In this document: positions 22,151 through 30,696 of the stretch, piece by piece
Numbering within the stretch: position 1 is the stretch's first letter
How the letters are laid out: each line of letters opens with the position of its first letter
DNA from: an uncultured Pelagibacteraceae bacterium
GTDB taxonomy: Bacteria; Pseudomonadota; Alphaproteobacteria; Pelagibacterales; Pelagibacteraceae
Length of the DNA: 64,000 nucleotides
Direction of reading: 5' to 3'
NCBI GenBank assembly: GCA_902607735.1
Contig: CACLLG010000002.1
Coordinates: 6,635-70,634 of the forward strand
The notes under the pieces: model-generated
What the model saw: the letters and a program-made list of their open reading frames with translations, nothing else
Database searches by the model: none
What the model was told of the DNA's origin: nothing
Made by a program: the position numbers and the translations under genes

Positions 22151-23578
22151 CTACCTCAATTTTACTGTAATATAGGATCTTTGATTATTTGAATTATAAA
22201 TTGCCAAGTAAAGAGTTTTCTCACCCTTTTTAATAATATCATCTAGCAAATTTGAAAATTGTTTTGAGCTATTAATTTTTTTCTTTTGTAGTTCAACAAT
22301 AATATCATTCACGGAAACAAACATTAAAGGACTTCCTTCTAATATTTTTGTTACAACAACTCCACTTGTATTTTTTGGTAATTCACGCTCAACAATATCT
22401 TCTTTACTTAGATCTCTTACTGAAATTTTTAAATTCTCTATCAAAACGTCTTTGCTTACATCTGGTTCATTTTTATTTTCTGCCTTAAATTCTTTTGAAG
22501 ATTCTAATCTTCCTAATAAAACTTTTTTGGAAATTAATTTTTGATTTCTCCATATCTTAACCACAACTTTTTTTCCAACTTTTGTTTGAGCAACCAATTT
22601 TGGAAGTGTTCGCATAGTATCTACACGTTTCCCATCGAATTCTAATATAATATCACCAGCTTTTATTCCTGCTTTATCGGCTGGGCTTTTTTCAGAAACG
22701 CTAGCTACAAGAGCTCCTTCGGGCTTCTCTAATTTTTCTACTTCAGCAATTTCTTTTGTTACTTCTTGTATTCTTACACCTAACCATCCTCTTTTAGTTT
22801 CTCCAAATTCTATAAGTTGATCAATAACCTTAGATGCTGAATTTGATGGAATTGCAAAACCTATTCCAATTGAACCCGATGCTCCTGGTGCAATAATTGC
22901 TGTATTAATTCCAATAACTTTCCCATCCAAATCAAAAAGGGGGCCGCCAGAATTTCCAACATTGATAGAAGCGTCTGTTTGTATAAAATCATCATAACGG
23001 GTTAAACCAATATCTCTATTTCTTGATGAAACTATTCCTGATGTAACCGTGCCTCCAAAGCCATAAGGGTTACCTATCGCTATTACCCAATCTCCTACAC
23101 GTGCCTTATCAGAATCTCCAAAACTAACAGGTTCAAATTTTTCGTCTGATTCTATTTTTAACACCGCTAAATCCATGTAAGGATCTGTGCCTATCACTTT
23201 AGCTTTATATTCTGTAGCACCATTGACACTAACAATTATATCCTCTGCTCCTTGAATAACGTGATTGTTTGTCACCACTATCCCTTTTTTGTCAATAATA
23301 AAACCAGAGCCAAGAGCGGTGGCTTGCCTTTCTGTTGGCCTATTAAATTCTTTAAACATATCTTCAAATGGAGAGCCTGGAGGAAATTGAAAATTTTTAA
23401 ATGGATTAGATGTAGTTTTAATTGTTTGTGTACTTGCTATATTTACAACTGAAGGCATAAGCTTTTCAGCTAGATCAGCAAAAGAAATTGGTGCATTTTT
23501 ACTATTTGCAAAAGATGTTGGGAAACTTAGTAAAATAAGAATTAAGCTAAAATTAATAATCCTTTTGCAAAACATCAT
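22151..23578 (-). CDS. degP: Periplasmic serine endoprotease DegP/HtrA (Do family)
   Basis: 475 aa. Signal peptide, His (TNNHV), Asp (DLAVLK) and Ser (GNSGGPL) catalytic triad, and two PDZ-like regions. Confidence 0.9.
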   Translation of the reverse strand: MMFCKRIINFSLILILLSFPTSFANSKNAPISFADLAEKLMPSVVNIASTQTIKTTSNPFKNFQFPPGSPFEDMFKEFNRPTERQATALGSGFIIDKKGIVVTNNHVIQGAEDIIVSVNGATEYKAKVIGTDPYMDLAVLKIESDEKFEPVSFGDSDKARVGDWVIAIGNPYGFGGTVTSGIVSSRNRDIGLTRYDDFIQTDASINVGNSGGPLFDLDGKVIGINTAIIAPGASGSIGIGFAIPSNSASKVIDQLIEFGETKRGWLGVRIQEVTKEIAEVEKLEKPEGALVASVSEKSPADKAGIKAGDIILEFDGKRVDTMRTLPKLVAQTKVGKKVVVKIWRNQKLISKKVLLGRLESSKEFKAENKNEPDVSKDVLIENLKISVRDLSKEDIVERELPKNTSGVVVTKILEGSPLMFVSVNDIIVELQKKKINSSKQFSNLLDDIIKKGEKTLYLAIYNSNNQRSYITVKLR

Positions 23579-23583
23579 AAATC

Positions 23584-23769
23584 TTATCTCTTAGTGTACC
23601 AAACAATTGCAAAACCAATTATAGCAAATAATAATCCGCTTATTCTTAATTGGTTGACTGGTAGTTTTTCAATGGTTTTCAACATATTTTTCATTTTTGA
23701 TGGGAATAAGGCATAAAGCATGCCCTCAATAAATAGCAAGAGACCTATCGCAATGACGAGCTCTTTCAT
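23584..23769 (-). CDS. Small membrane protein, DUF2065-like
   Basis: 61 aa, two TM. Occupies the conserved position between hflC and degP seen in proteobacteria. Confidence 0.6.
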   Translation of the reverse strand: MKELVIAIGLLLFIEGMLYALFPSKMKNMLKTIEKLPVNQLRISGLLFAIIGFAIVWYTKR

Positions 23770-23777
23770 TGAATTAC

Positions 23778-24650
23778 TTATTCTTTTTTAATTACCCCTG
23801 TGTCACCAAAAAACTTAAAGAAATCACTATCAGGAGATAAAATTAAAGACGTGTCTCCTCCAATTAAGGCATTTTCATAAGCTTGCATTGCTCTGTAGAA
23901 AGCAAAAAACTCAGGATCTTTTCCAAAGGCGTTGGCAAATATTTTATTTCTTTGGCCGTCACCTTCACCCTTCATAATTTCTGATTGTTTTTTTGCGTTT
24001 GCTAAAAGCACTGTGACTTCTTTGTCAGCTGTAGATGTAATAGTAACAGCCATCTCTGCTCCTTTGGCTCTAAATTCTTTTGCTTCTCTTTCTCTTTCCG
24101 TTTGCATTCGTTTGTATATAGCTTCACTATTGGCTTGTGGAAGATCTGCTCTTTTGATTCTTACGTCAATAATTTGTATACCAAAATTCAGTGCTTCAAT
24201 ATTAACGTCATTCTGTATGATATCCATTTGTTTTGATCTATCTTCAGACAATAGTGTTGCTAAGCTTTGTTTACCTAAAACACCTCTTAATCTTGAGTTA
24301 ATGATGGTTGCCAGTCTTGATCTCGCTACTCTCTCATCACCTACTGAAATATAAAATTTTAAAGGATCTACAATTTTAAATCTAGCATACGCATCAACGA
24401 TTAATCTTTTTTGATCTGATGCAATAACTTCTTCTGGAGCAGGATCTAAACTTAATATCCTACGATCTATAAATACGACATTTTGAATAAAAGGAATTTT
24501 CACTTTAAGACCAGGTTCAGAAATGATTCTCTTTGGATCACCAAATTGTAATACTATTGCCTGGTTAATTTCCTTAACTGTGAAAAGCGATAAGTAAATC
24601 GCAAATCCAGCAACAACTAAAATAGGAAGTAAAAATTTATTTATTTTCAT
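23778..24650 (-). CDS. hflC: FtsH protease modulator HflC
   Basis: 290 aa. N-terminal TM plus SPFH/band-7 domain. Overlaps the hflK stop. Confidence 0.9.
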   Translation of the reverse strand: MKINKFLLPILVVAGFAIYLSLFTVKEINQAIVLQFGDPKRIISEPGLKVKIPFIQNVVFIDRRILSLDPAPEEVIASDQKRLIVDAYARFKIVDPLKFYISVGDERVARSRLATIINSRLRGVLGKQSLATLLSEDRSKQMDIIQNDVNIEALNFGIQIIDVRIKRADLPQANSEAIYKRMQTEREREAKEFRAKGAEMAVTITSTADKEVTVLLANAKKQSEIMKGEGDGQRNKIFANAFGKDPEFFAFYRAMQAYENALIGGDTSLILSPDSDFFKFFGDTGVIKKE

Positions 24651-25750
24651 TGTGTATCAGTTCCTTTTTTCTTAGATAATTCTGGTAAAGGCAAGTAAGG
24701 AACTACTCCTCCAGCTTTTCTATCTATAATCACTTTATCTATATCTGCCAGAACTTTTTCCATAGTTTCTAAATACATTCTTTCTTGTGTAACTCGTTTA
24801 GCTTTTGCATACTCATTATATATTGCAATAAATCTGCTAGCTTCACCTTCTGCAGCCGCCACTACCTGCTTTTTATATGCTTCAGCTTCTTGTAAAATTT
24901 TTGCCGCATCTCCTCGCGCTCGTGGTATTACATCGTTAGCATAAGCTTCAGCCTCATTCTTGGAACGAACCATGTCTGCTCTTGCGGCTTGAACATCTCT
25001 AAACGCATCAATTACTTGATCTGGAGGGTCAGCTTTTTGTGTTTGTACTTGTGTAATCTGTATTCCAGATTCATACTCATCTAAAAGTCTCTGGATAATA
25101 TCTTGTACTTCTATTTCAATTCTAGATCTACCTGCTGTTAATATCGGTTGAAGTTGACTTTTTGCTATGACTTCTCTCATTGCCGTTTCCCCTGCCGCTT
25201 TAACGGTTTCAATAGGACTTTGTATTTTAAATAAAAATTTTCCAGCATCCTTGATAACCCAAAAAACAGAAAAGTCGATGTTAACAATATTTTCATCACC
25301 GGTTAGCATTAAACTTTCTTCAGGAACGTCTCCGATTCCTGAAGATCTTCCTGAATCACTTGCTGACCTAAATCCTATATCAATCCTATTTACTTTTGTA
25401 ACTTTTGGTGTAAGAACAGTTTCAACTGGAAAAGGAATATGGTAATTTAAACCAGGCTGAGTAGTAGATACAAATTTTCCGAATCTTAGAACAACTCCCT
25501 GTTCATCAGGTAACACTCTATACAATCCACTAAAGGCCCAAAAAAGAATTAGTAAAATAAGTCCAAAAATAATCGGTTTGCTGCCACCAGTTTTTCCTCC
25601 TGGAATTAATTTACTAATTAATTTTTGGATTTTTTCTACAACTTCATCAATATTTGGTGGTCTCTGTCCGCCACGTCCAGAACCATTGCCTCCTCCTGGA
25701 GGGGTTCCCCAAGGACTGCCGCCGCCTTTAAAATCATTACGGTTAACCAT
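24647..25750 (-). CDS. hflK: FtsH protease modulator HflK
   Basis: 367 aa. Gly/Pro-rich N-terminus (GGGSPWGTPPGGGNGSGRGG), TM and SPFH domain. Confidence 0.9.
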   Translation of the reverse strand: MVNRNDFKGGGSPWGTPPGGGNGSGRGGQRPPNIDEVVEKIQKLISKLIPGGKTGGSKPIIFGLILLILFWAFSGLYRVLPDEQGVVLRFGKFVSTTQPGLNYHIPFPVETVLTPKVTKVNRIDIGFRSASDSGRSSGIGDVPEESLMLTGDENIVNIDFSVFWVIKDAGKFLFKIQSPIETVKAAGETAMREVIAKSQLQPILTAGRSRIEIEVQDIIQRLLDEYESGIQITQVQTQKADPPDQVIDAFRDVQAARADMVRSKNEAEAYANDVIPRARGDAAKILQEAEAYKKQVVAAAEGEASRFIAIYNEYAKAKRVTQERMYLETMEKVLADIDKVIIDRKAGGVVPYLPLPELSKKKGTDTQ

Positions 25751-25773
25751 GACACTCTATATAGTGACTTTAT

Positions 25774-26628
25774 TTGCAAAAACAAGTTAAGATAGGTCAA
25801 ATGGACAAAAAGACAGTGGAATTAAGTAGCACTTTTAAGGGAAATACAGCGCCAAAAAGCTTTAAAAAAAATCCTATAAATGGCACTAAATTTACTATTG
25901 CTGTTTCCAGCGCTAAAGGCGGCGTTGGAAAATCAACTTTTGCGATGAATTTTGCTTTAGCTTTAAAATCTACTGGCTCTAAAGTAGGAATTCTTGACGC
26001 AGATATTTATGGCCCGTCGCTACCAAAAATGATGTCTATAAATGAAAAGCCAAAAAGTGAAGACGGAAAAAGTTTTGCTCCAATAGAACAATATGGAGTT
26101 CAATGTATGTCCATAGGATTTTTAGTCGATGAAGAAACTCCAATGATTTGGAGGGGACCAATGGTAACAAGTGCGATTAAAACTTTTACTCAAAAGGTAT
26201 TATGGAATAATCTAGATTTTATAATTATAGATATGCCTCCTGGAACGGGAGACACACAACTAACTTTCGCACAGGAAATTAAAGTTGATGGTGTAATAAT
26301 TGTTTCAACTCCGCAAGAAATAGCCCTACTTGATGTAAAAAGAGGAATTAGAATGTTTGACAAATTAAAAGTACCTATACTGGGTCTTGTAGATAATATG
26401 AGCTATTTTAAAAGTGATGATGGAAAAAATCATAATATTTTTGGAGAAGGTGGGGTAGAAAAAGTTGCCATTAATTATAAAAAAGATTTCCTTGCTAAAA
26501 TACCAATTAACATTGATTTAAGAATTGCTGCAGATACTGGAAAACCTCTATTTGAGAAAAATCCAGATCATGAAATTTCAAAAATTTTTAAAGAAATTGC
26601 AAATAAAATTAAAGGATCTTTTCTTTAA
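25774..26628 (+). CDS. apbC: Fe-S cluster carrier ATPase Mrp/ApbC (NBP35 family)
   Basis: Deviant Walker [20 protein letters not shown] and STPQ motifs. The start may be the internal ATG at 25801 (MDKK...). Confidence 0.85.
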   Translation: MQKQVKIGQMDKKTVELSSTFKGNTAPKSFKKNPINGTKFTIAVSSAKGGVGKSTFAMNFALALKSTGSKVGILDADIYGPSLPKMMSINEKPKSEDGKSFAPIEQYGVQCMSIGFLVDEETPMIWRGPMVTSAIKTFTQKVLWNNLDFIIIDMPPGTGDTQLTFAQEIKVDGVIIVSTPQEIALLDVKRGIRMFDKLKVPILGLVDNMSYFKSDDGKNHNIFGEGGVEKVAINYKKDFLAKIPINIDLRIAADTGKPLFEKNPDHEISKIFKEIANKIKGSFL

Positions 26629-27556
26629 AACCAAAAGATTCCATTAGTTCGTTCCATTCTCTTTTCGTAAGATTGGAATTTTTAAAGTCACAATTTTCTC
26701 CCTTGAGCATTTTTTGAACAACAGCTTTACCTTTCGCTGACAGCTCCATTCCTCCAACTCGATAATCCATAAATGCATCAAACGTAATTGGAACCCATCT
26801 TTTTAAAGAATCAATCATTACATCTGCATAAGCTCTTATTTCATATTGGGCATGGCTATCAGCTCGCAATGATAAAAAATTTAGCAAATTTAATAAATCT
26901 GTTTTCCAATACCATTGAGTATAAGTATTTAAGGTTAAATTCATCCTTGCTAATTCTCGAGCTAACCCTTTATTGTTTTCATTTATTTTACTTCCATCAT
27001 ATTTTTCATTTAACATTAATTCATAATCTGCATAAGTTTGTTCTGCATCTTTTTTTAAAATATTTAAAATATTGTCAGCTTGTTTTCCGTTAATTAGTTC
27101 GCCCCTACCTTGCCTGTTGCTTGTAGATTGTGCTGCAAGATTCTCTTTTGACGGTAAATAAAATTCTTTATCCAAAATTGAATATCTTGCTGAGTATTCA
27201 TTTACATTTGCTGTTCTGTGTCTAATCCATTGTCTTGCTACAAAAATTGGTAGCTTTACATGATATTTTATCTCGCACATTTCAAAAGGTGTACTGTGTC
27301 TATGTCTCATTAAATATTTTATTAAACCACTATCTGTTGAAACTTTTTTGGTGCCTTTTCCATAAGACACTCTAGCTGCCTGAACTATAGAACTATCGTC
27401 TCCCATATAATCTACCACTCTTACAAACCCATGATCCAAAACGGGAATAGCTTCGTAAAGTATTTTTTCTAAATCTGGAGATGTAACTCTTTTTGTAGTG
27501 TTTTTTTGAGCTTGTTGCTCTAGAATTTCTTTCTTTTGTTGCTCTGAAAGCGCCAT
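26609..27556 (-). CDS. thyX: FAD-dependent thymidylate synthase ThyX
   Basis: ThyX signature [16 protein letters not shown] (RHRxxS...SxR). Start re-set to ATG 27556-27554 ([10 protein letters not shown]...), because the 43-codon extension in the ORF track lies over the tmRNA gene. Confidence 0.85.
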   Translation of the reverse strand: MALSEQQKKEILEQQAQKNTTKRVTSPDLEKILYEAIPVLDHGFVRVVDYMGDDSSIVQAARVSYGKGTKKVSTDSGLIKYLMRHRHSTPFEMCEIKYHVKLPIFVARQWIRHRTANVNEYSARYSILDKEFYLPSKENLAAQSTSNRQGRGELINGKQADNILNILKKDAEQTYADYELMLNEKYDGSKINENNKGLARELARMNLTLNTYTQWYWKTDLLNLLNFLSLRADSHAQYEIRAYADVMIDSLKRWVPITFDAFMDYRVGGMELSAKGKAVVQKMLKGENCDFKNSNLTKREWNELMESFGFKEKIL

Positions 27557-27570
27557 ATGCAATAAATAAA

Positions 27571-27598
27571 TTGAATCTTTAAAATAAAGTTTTATATT
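27571..27598 (+). promoter_or_regulatory. Candidate sigma70-type promoter for ssrA
   Basis: TTGAAT (27571-27576), 16 nt spacer, TATATT (27593-27598). It would place the TSS near 27605, giving an acceptor-piece precursor of about 80 nt. Confidence 0.35.
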
Positions 27599-27779
27599 AT
27601 TAGTGTTGGATTTCCAACTATGACGATAAACGAATTTCGTAATAAACATTGCGGACGTGGGGGCAGTACCCACCACCTCCACCATTTACAACTTATGGGG
27701 GTGAATCAGAATCGACGAGTGTCTAAAAGCTATTCTTTCGTTCGGGATTGTTCCGTCGATATCGGGCTAATATATAATT

Positions 27780-27809
27780 GCAAATGATAAATTTGCTCTC
27801 GCTGCTTAA
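27780..27809 (+). other. tmRNA tag-peptide reading frame (ANDKFALAA, stop TAA)
   Basis: Resume codon GCA and an AND...LAA pattern, as in alphaproteobacterial proteolysis tags. Confidence 0.7.
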
Positions 27810-27832
27810 ATTTATTTAAGAAAGCGCGGCTT

Positions 27833-27866
27833 GGGGCACCGGGCAACAGAACGCCCCTTTTATTTT
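27833..27866 (+). terminator. ssrA terminal hairpin plus T-run (intrinsic terminator-like)
   Basis: GGGGC (27833-27837) and GCCCC (27853-27857) flank a 15 nt loop, followed by TTTTATTTT. Confidence 0.55.
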
Positions 27867-27932
27867 GAAATTTCTATACTTGCGATATTGTTATAAATTT
27901 GGTTTAGTTTTGATAAAGGTATTAATTAAGTC

Positions 27933-28175
27933 ATGGCAGATAAAAAGAAAAATGTTTATGCAACTGTATCCTTCGTTTTAGGTTGGTGTGGTATAATAGC
28001 ATGGCTTTTACCTATAGTTGGTTTTCCAGTTACAATTGTTGGAATAATCATGGGGTTAAAAGGGCAAGACAGCCAACTACAATCTAAAGCCAAAACAGGT
28101 TTAATCTTAAATATTGTTTTTTTAGTCGTAACAGCGCTTAATAGTGCGCTTGGTATTTTTTTAGCCCTAGGATAG
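27933..28175 (+). CDS. Small membrane protein (DUF4190-like, 2 TM)
   Basis: 80 aa. SFVLGWCGIIAWLLPIVGFPVTIVGIIMGLKG pattern typical of DUF4190-type small proteins. Confidence 0.5.
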   Translation: MADKKKNVYATVSFVLGWCGIIAWLLPIVGFPVTIVGIIMGLKGQDSQLQSKAKTGLILNIVFLVVTALNSALGIFLALG

Positions 28176-28187
28176 ACCTAAATTATT

Positions 28188-28562
28188 TTATTTTAGATTA
28201 ATTGGTTTTCCGTGATTGTTTTTTTTGTTTTCACCCTCGGTTGCCCACCAAACGACTAAGAGAATAATACCAATTATTGTAATAAAAAGTAGTTGCCACC
28301 AACCAGACCTATTTATATCGTGAAGTCTTCTTGCGCCAACTGCAAAAGTTGGAATACAAGTTGCAAGGTGCCAAATTATTGTAAGTGGTCCAAGATCTTC
28401 ACTTGTAAATGGATAACCAAGAAAAATAGAATCAAAAATTGTCGCTACAATACCTCCGCCCCATTGAAAAAGAATAAACCACCAAAATTCAGATCTTAGC
28501 GCTCGTCCACTAAAATCAAAATAATGATTAAAGCATTTGTTAACCGATTGTGTAAAGTTCAT
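28188..28562 (-). CDS. DUF805-family inner membrane protein
   Basis: 124 aa. N-terminal F-x-G-R-A-x-R-S-E-F-W-W-F motif and RLHD-x-x-x-SGWW, characteristic of DUF805 (YhaH/YhaI-like). Confidence 0.65.
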   Translation of the reverse strand: MNFTQSVNKCFNHYFDFSGRALRSEFWWFILFQWGGGIVATIFDSIFLGYPFTSEDLGPLTIIWHLATCIPTFAVGARRLHDINRSGWWQLLFITIIGIILLVVWWATEGENKKNNHGKPINLK

Positions 28563-28758
28563 TTTATAATTTCTTCCTTTAAGTAAGTTTAATCTAAAAC
28601 TACGAACTTCAAAAGCAAGATTAAAACAAAATACTGTTCAATTATTATATCAATTTGATAAGTAGTGTAAATCTATAAGCTGGAGGCGGAAATAGGACGT
28701 GTCCTTTAAAAAAATTTTATGTATTTTGTTACTTGATTTTTTATAATACAATACGTTT

Positions 28759-29019
28759 ATGAAAAATTGGCTTGATATAAAAGAATATTTAATTGCGGTT
28801 TATGGCAGAGTTGTTTTGATATTAACTTGCTTAAGTTTATTAGTTGGATTGTTTATGTCATTTGTAGTTGCAGATTCGAGGTATGGGTTTAATGGTTGGG
28901 TTTTCTTATTCGGTATAGTTGTAACAATCTTTACTGTAGCACTTACATCCGGTCTGCTATTAATACAAATACAAAATAATGAATTGTTGAAAGAAATTCG
29001 GAAAAATACAAAAAAATAA
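28759..29019 (+). CDS. Hypothetical membrane protein (2-3 TM)
   Basis: 86 aa hydrophobic ORF. Preferred over the antisense 93 aa ORF 28800-29081. Confidence 0.4.
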   Translation: MKNWLDIKEYLIAVYGRVVLILTCLSLLVGLFMSFVVADSRYGFNGWVFLFGIVVTIFTVALTSGLLLIQIQNNELLKEIRKNTKK

Positions 29020-29089
29020 AAAAAGAAACTGAAGGTTCTGAAAACCAACTTAGATTGGAACCCGTGAATTATATCTTCCAATATGTTAA

Positions 29090-29572
29090 ATGATAAGTGA
29101 ATATATAAAAAGTGACATTCTTAAAATTCTAGATGTTATTAATGATGCTGCATTAAAATATAAAGGTATTATACCAAATGATTGTTGGCACGAACCATAC
29201 ATGTCAGAACAGGAATTGATTGACGAATTTAGTGATGGAGTTCGTATGCATGGTTATCATCAGAATAATAAATTGATCGGAGTTATAGGAGTTCAAAAAG
29301 TAAAAGATGTTATTCTTATAAGGCACGCATATACTTTGTCTTCTTATCAAAATAGAGGAGCTGGAAGTGCATTGATAGAATATTTATTAAAAAAAAATAA
29401 AAATTCTCGTTTATTGGTTGGTACTTGGAAGAATGCAACTTGGGCTATTCAATTTTATCAAAAATTTGGTTTTATTCCCCATGCAAAAGAAGAAACAACT
29501 TTATTACTAAAAAAATATTGGAAAATACCAGCAAAACAAATTGAAAATTCGGTAGTGCTTGAAAGGTGTTGA
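29090..29572 (+). CDS. GNAT-family N-acetyltransferase
   Basis: 160 aa. Acetyl-CoA motif A YQNRGAGSALIEYLL and downstream W-A-I-x-FY-x-K-x-GF. Confidence 0.7.
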   Translation: MISEYIKSDILKILDVINDAALKYKGIIPNDCWHEPYMSEQELIDEFSDGVRMHGYHQNNKLIGVIGVQKVKDVILIRHAYTLSSYQNRGAGSALIEYLLKKNKNSRLLVGTWKNATWAIQFYQKFGFIPHAKEETTLLLKKYWKIPAKQIENSVVLERC

Positions 29573-29602
29573 AACTGATTAAGATATAATGTTACAAAGT
29601 TC

Positions 29603-29627
29603 GGGGTACCTGGTAACAGAACACCTC
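29603..29627 (+). repeat. Degenerate copy of the ssrA terminal hairpin
   Basis: GGGGTACCTGGTAACAGAACACCTC against GGGGCACCGGGCAACAGAACGCCCC at 27833-27857. 20 of 25 positions are identical and there are no gaps. All three stem substitutions keep pairing (C:G to T:A, G:C to G:T). Confidence 0.55.
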
Positions 29628-29652
29628 TAGTAAACTTAGGATATAAAATTAA

Positions 29653-30696
29653 ATGAGTAATAATTCATTGGTTGTAATCAATAATGAAAAGGTTTTTGAA
29701 GATAATAACGAATTTTATTCTAGAAATTATAATTTTAAAATTCTTCCAGAAGGTTTAAATAATTATCACAAAGTAAAGTACATAGTTAGAAAATCAACCA
29801 AAAAAGAAAATCACAAGTTGAATTTACAAGATGTTAAGATAGCATCGAACATTATTCAATTTATTTATTTTGTAATTTCAACTTTTAAAAATAAAAACTC
29901 AAAATATTTTATAATTACAATTAGTCCGTATACATTTATTTCATTTTTATTTCTATTTCTGTTCAGAAAAAAGGTTTTTGTATACTTAATTAGTAGCGGA
30001 CATGAAGAATGGAAATTCATATTAGGCTCATGGTCTGTTTGGATATACCACATTATGTATTCAATAGTTACTTCAAATTCGACTGTTATTGTGCTTCACG
30101 ATAGATTGTGCAAGAAAAAAAATTGTCATGTAATAACTTCGTCAACTTTGGATGAAAAGTGGTTAAAGGATTATAAAGGCGTTAGACTTGATAAAATTAG
30201 ATTTTTATATGTTGCGAGAGTAAATCCTGAAAAAGGAATTTATGAATTTTTAGAAATGTTCAGAAAAATAAAACTTGACGCAGAAATTTCAATTGTTGGT
30301 AATATTAAAAATTCAAAAGTTTTAAAAAAATTTAAAGCTGCAATCGGAACAAATAAAAATATTAAATTCCTAGGATATGTGTCTGATAGACAATCTTTGA
30401 TTGATGCTTATGACAATCACAATATTTTGATCTTGCCATCATTCACGGAAGGTCAACCGTATGTTGTGGATGAGTCTCTTGCACGCAGACGACCCGTTAT
30501 TATATTTGAAGATATAGCTCATATAATCAAAGAAAGAAAAGGAATCTTTGTTTCAAAAAGAACAGTAGATTCATTTTGCGAAACAACAAAACATGTGATG
30601 CAAAATTATAATGAGATTCAAAAAAGCATTGAAAAGAATAAATTTCCACTTGAGAAAGATATGTTTAAACAAATCACTAATATTATTAGTCAATAA
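29653..30696 (+). CDS. Glycosyltransferase, GT-B fold (GT4-like)
   Basis: 347 aa. C-terminal E-x7-E region (PSFTEGQPYVVDESLARRRPVI) typical of GT4 retaining transferases. Confidence 0.6.
   Translation: MSNNSLVVINNEKVFEDNNEFYSRNYNFKILPEGLNNYHKVKYIVRKSTKKENHKLNLQDVKIASNIIQFIYFVISTFKNKNSKYFIITISPYTFISFLFLFLFRKKVFVYLISSGHEEWKFILGSWSVWIYHIMYSIVTSNSTVIVLHDRLCKKKNCHVITSSTLDEKWLKDYKGVRLDKIRFLYVARVNPEKGIYEFLEMFRKIKLDAEISIVGNIKNSKVLKKFKAAIGTNKNIKFLGYVSDRQSLIDAYDNHNILILPSFTEGQPYVVDESLARRRPVIIFEDIAHIIKERKGIFVSKRTVDSFCETTKHVMQNYNEIQKSIEKNKFPLEKDMFKQITNIISQ

Larger units (their letters stand above)
27605..27866 (+). ncRNA. ssrA: Two-piece (circularly permuted) tmRNA: acceptor piece, short intervening segment, coding piece
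   Basis: T-arm GTGGG/CCCAC (27657-27673), then CACCTCC-A-CCA (27674-27684). A 12 nt spacer follows. GGGGGTG at 27697-27703 pairs with CACCTCC and gives a G3:U pair, the Ala identity element. Next comes GAATCAGAATCGACG, as at tmRNA 5' ends, with ATCGACG/CGTCGAT forming a 7 bp helix. The tag frame GCA AAT GAT AAA TTT GCT CTC GCT GCT TAA encodes ANDKFALAA. The gene ends in a hairpin plus T-run. The 5' boundary is uncertain and the T-loop (GGCAGTA) is non-canonical. Confidence 0.8.

Noticed and set aside
23932-24354. 140 aa plus-strand ORF antisense to hflC, and similar antisense ORFs such as 61782-62258, 2590-2883, 12647-12946, 25167-25445 and 48968-49282
   Set aside because: Each is fully embedded antisense to, or out of frame with, a well-supported conserved gene. 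They have low-complexity Ser/Leu/Ile/Phe-rich sequences, typical of shadow ORFs in AT-rich DNA.
27557-27685. 43-codon N-terminal extension of the thyX ORF ([14 protein letters not shown]...)
   Set aside because: It overlaps the acceptor piece of the plus-strand tmRNA. The ATG is simply the complement of ...CCACCAT. ThyX homology begins at the internal MALSEQQ start.
28694-28705. Small palindrome AGGAC-GT-GTCCT in the divergent intergenic region 28563-28758
   Set aside because: It is a 5 bp stem with a 2 nt loop, which is sterically poor. It lies upstream of both flanking genes, so it is not a terminator, and no repeat of it was found.
28800-29081. 93 aa minus-strand ORF opposite the 86 aa membrane ORF
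   Set aside because: Only one of the two can be real. The plus-strand ORF has clean TM helices and a sensible start, while the minus-strand product is Phe/Asn-rich and low in complexity. Neither is strongly supported.
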